The position numbers were made by a program, and so were the translations under genes. This document shows positions 63,428-64,000 of a stretch of 64,000 nt of DNA, in pieces (the first letter of the stretch is position 1; the number at the start of each line of letters is the position of its first letter). Source of the DNA: an uncultured Solirubrobacterales bacterium (lineage in GTDB: Bacteria; Actinomycetota; Thermoleophilia; Solirubrobacterales; 70-9); contig CAWGDM010000003.1 in assembly GCA_963821345.1 (NCBI GenBank), positions 39,690 through 103,689 on the forward strand. The letters run 5' to 3'. The notes under the pieces are model-generated. The model did no database searches and was not told the origin of the DNA. It saw only the letters and a list, made by a program, of their open reading frames with translations.

Positions 63428-64000
63428 GTGAGCACCAAGGAGGAGGCGCTCGACGAGCTTGCCGAGGCGGTCCGAGCCAGCGGTCTGATCGAGGCCGGCA
63501 CCGAGGCGGTGGTGATGGTTTCGGGTGGTGCCGACTCGGCCTGCGCCGCGGCCGGGCTGACCAGGGTGCTGGGCGCCGAGCGCGTCCACGCGTCGCATGT
63601 CAACTACGCATTGCGCGAGGGCGCCGCCGAAGGCGAGGCGGCCGCCAGGCGGCTGTGCGCGGCGCTGCGAATCGACCTCCACGTCGAACGCCCCGGAAAG
63701 CTTCCCGCCGGCAACCTCCAGGCCGCCGCGCGCACCTTCCGCTACGACGCGGCCCAGCGGCTGCGCGAACGCACCGGCGCCGCGGTGATCGTCACCGGCC
63801 ACACCCGCACCGACGTCGCCGAGACGGCGATCTACAGGCTGGCCTCGTCGCCCGGCTCGCGGGCGCTGCTCGGCCTCGGGCCGCGCAACGGCCGCGTGAT
63901 CCGCCCGCTGTTGGGGCTCGGCCGCGAGCGGATCCGCGAGCTGGCCGCCGCCGCCGGCCTGCCGTTCGCCGACGACGAGACCAACGGCGATCCGCGCTTC
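63428..64000 (+). CDS. tilS: tRNA(Ile)-lysidine synthetase, N-terminal part (3' end outside window)
   Basis: My own translation from GTG 63428 gives VMVSGGADSACAA (PP-loop SGGxDS), HVNYALR, TGHTRTDVAETAIYRL, IRPLLGLGRERI. Confidence 0.8.
   Translation, partial: MSTKEEALDELAEAVRASGLIEAGTEAVVMVSGGADSACAAAGLTRVLGAERVHASHVNYALREGAAEGEAAARRLCAALRIDLHVERPGKLPAGNLQAAARTFRYDAAQRLRERTGAAVIVTGHTRTDVAETAIYRLASSPGSRALLGLGPRNGRVIRPLLGLGRERIRELAAAAGLPFADDETNGDPRF

Overview
This is a very GC-rich, actinobacterium-like chromosomal segment in which third codon positions are almost uniformly G/C. It is densely packed with about 65 protein-coding genes on both strands. I found no rRNA, tRNA, CRISPR array, transposase or integrase by eye.

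Most of the window is ordinary housekeeping or metabolic content:
- An Opp/Dpp-type peptide ABC importer with DmpA and M20 peptidases.
- CsoR and a secreted GH31 glycosidase.
- Fatty-acid and CoA metabolism genes: enoyl-CoA hydratase, acyl-CoA dehydrogenase, a fused 3-hydroxyacyl-CoA dehydrogenase/hydratase, a CoA-transferase, a desaturase, an acyltransferase and an SCP2 protein.
- A Baeyer-Villiger monooxygenase, a P450 and several SDRs.
- TetR/MFS, PadR, ArsR and PucR regulators.
- CspA, IlvA, NUDIX, Bcp, a Ca2+/H+ exchanger, a sirtuin and the start of tilS.

Features that the ORF track does not explain:
1. A 40-50 bp GC-rich repeat family with 8 copies, all lying between co-directional genes. 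Copies donate stop and start codons to neighbouring genes and flank a GNAT gene that has no canonical start.
2. A tandem pair of RTX-like Ca-binding paralogs sharing a roughly 264-bp near-identical conversion tract. One paralog carries a frameshift inside that tract. A third paralog lies elsewhere in the window.
3. Unannotated small ORFs with coding-like codon usage: 52 aa downstream of the P450, and 40 aa in a chain of 4-nt overlaps.
4. A candidate ydaO-like riboswitch upstream of a three-domain (SLT + M23 + LAS/M15) cell-wall hydrolase.
5. A candidate terminator-bounded sRNA of about 190 nt.
6. Three signalling modules: an FHA-LuxR regulator, beta-propeller Ser/Thr kinase and basic secreted protein operon; an ArsA-like ATPase, CxxxCxxC mini-protein and zinc-ribbon-cyclase-STAND-TPR giant; and a MerR-cyclase behind a promoter with a structured 225-nt leader.

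All family assignments come from motif recognition by eye. No database search was run.
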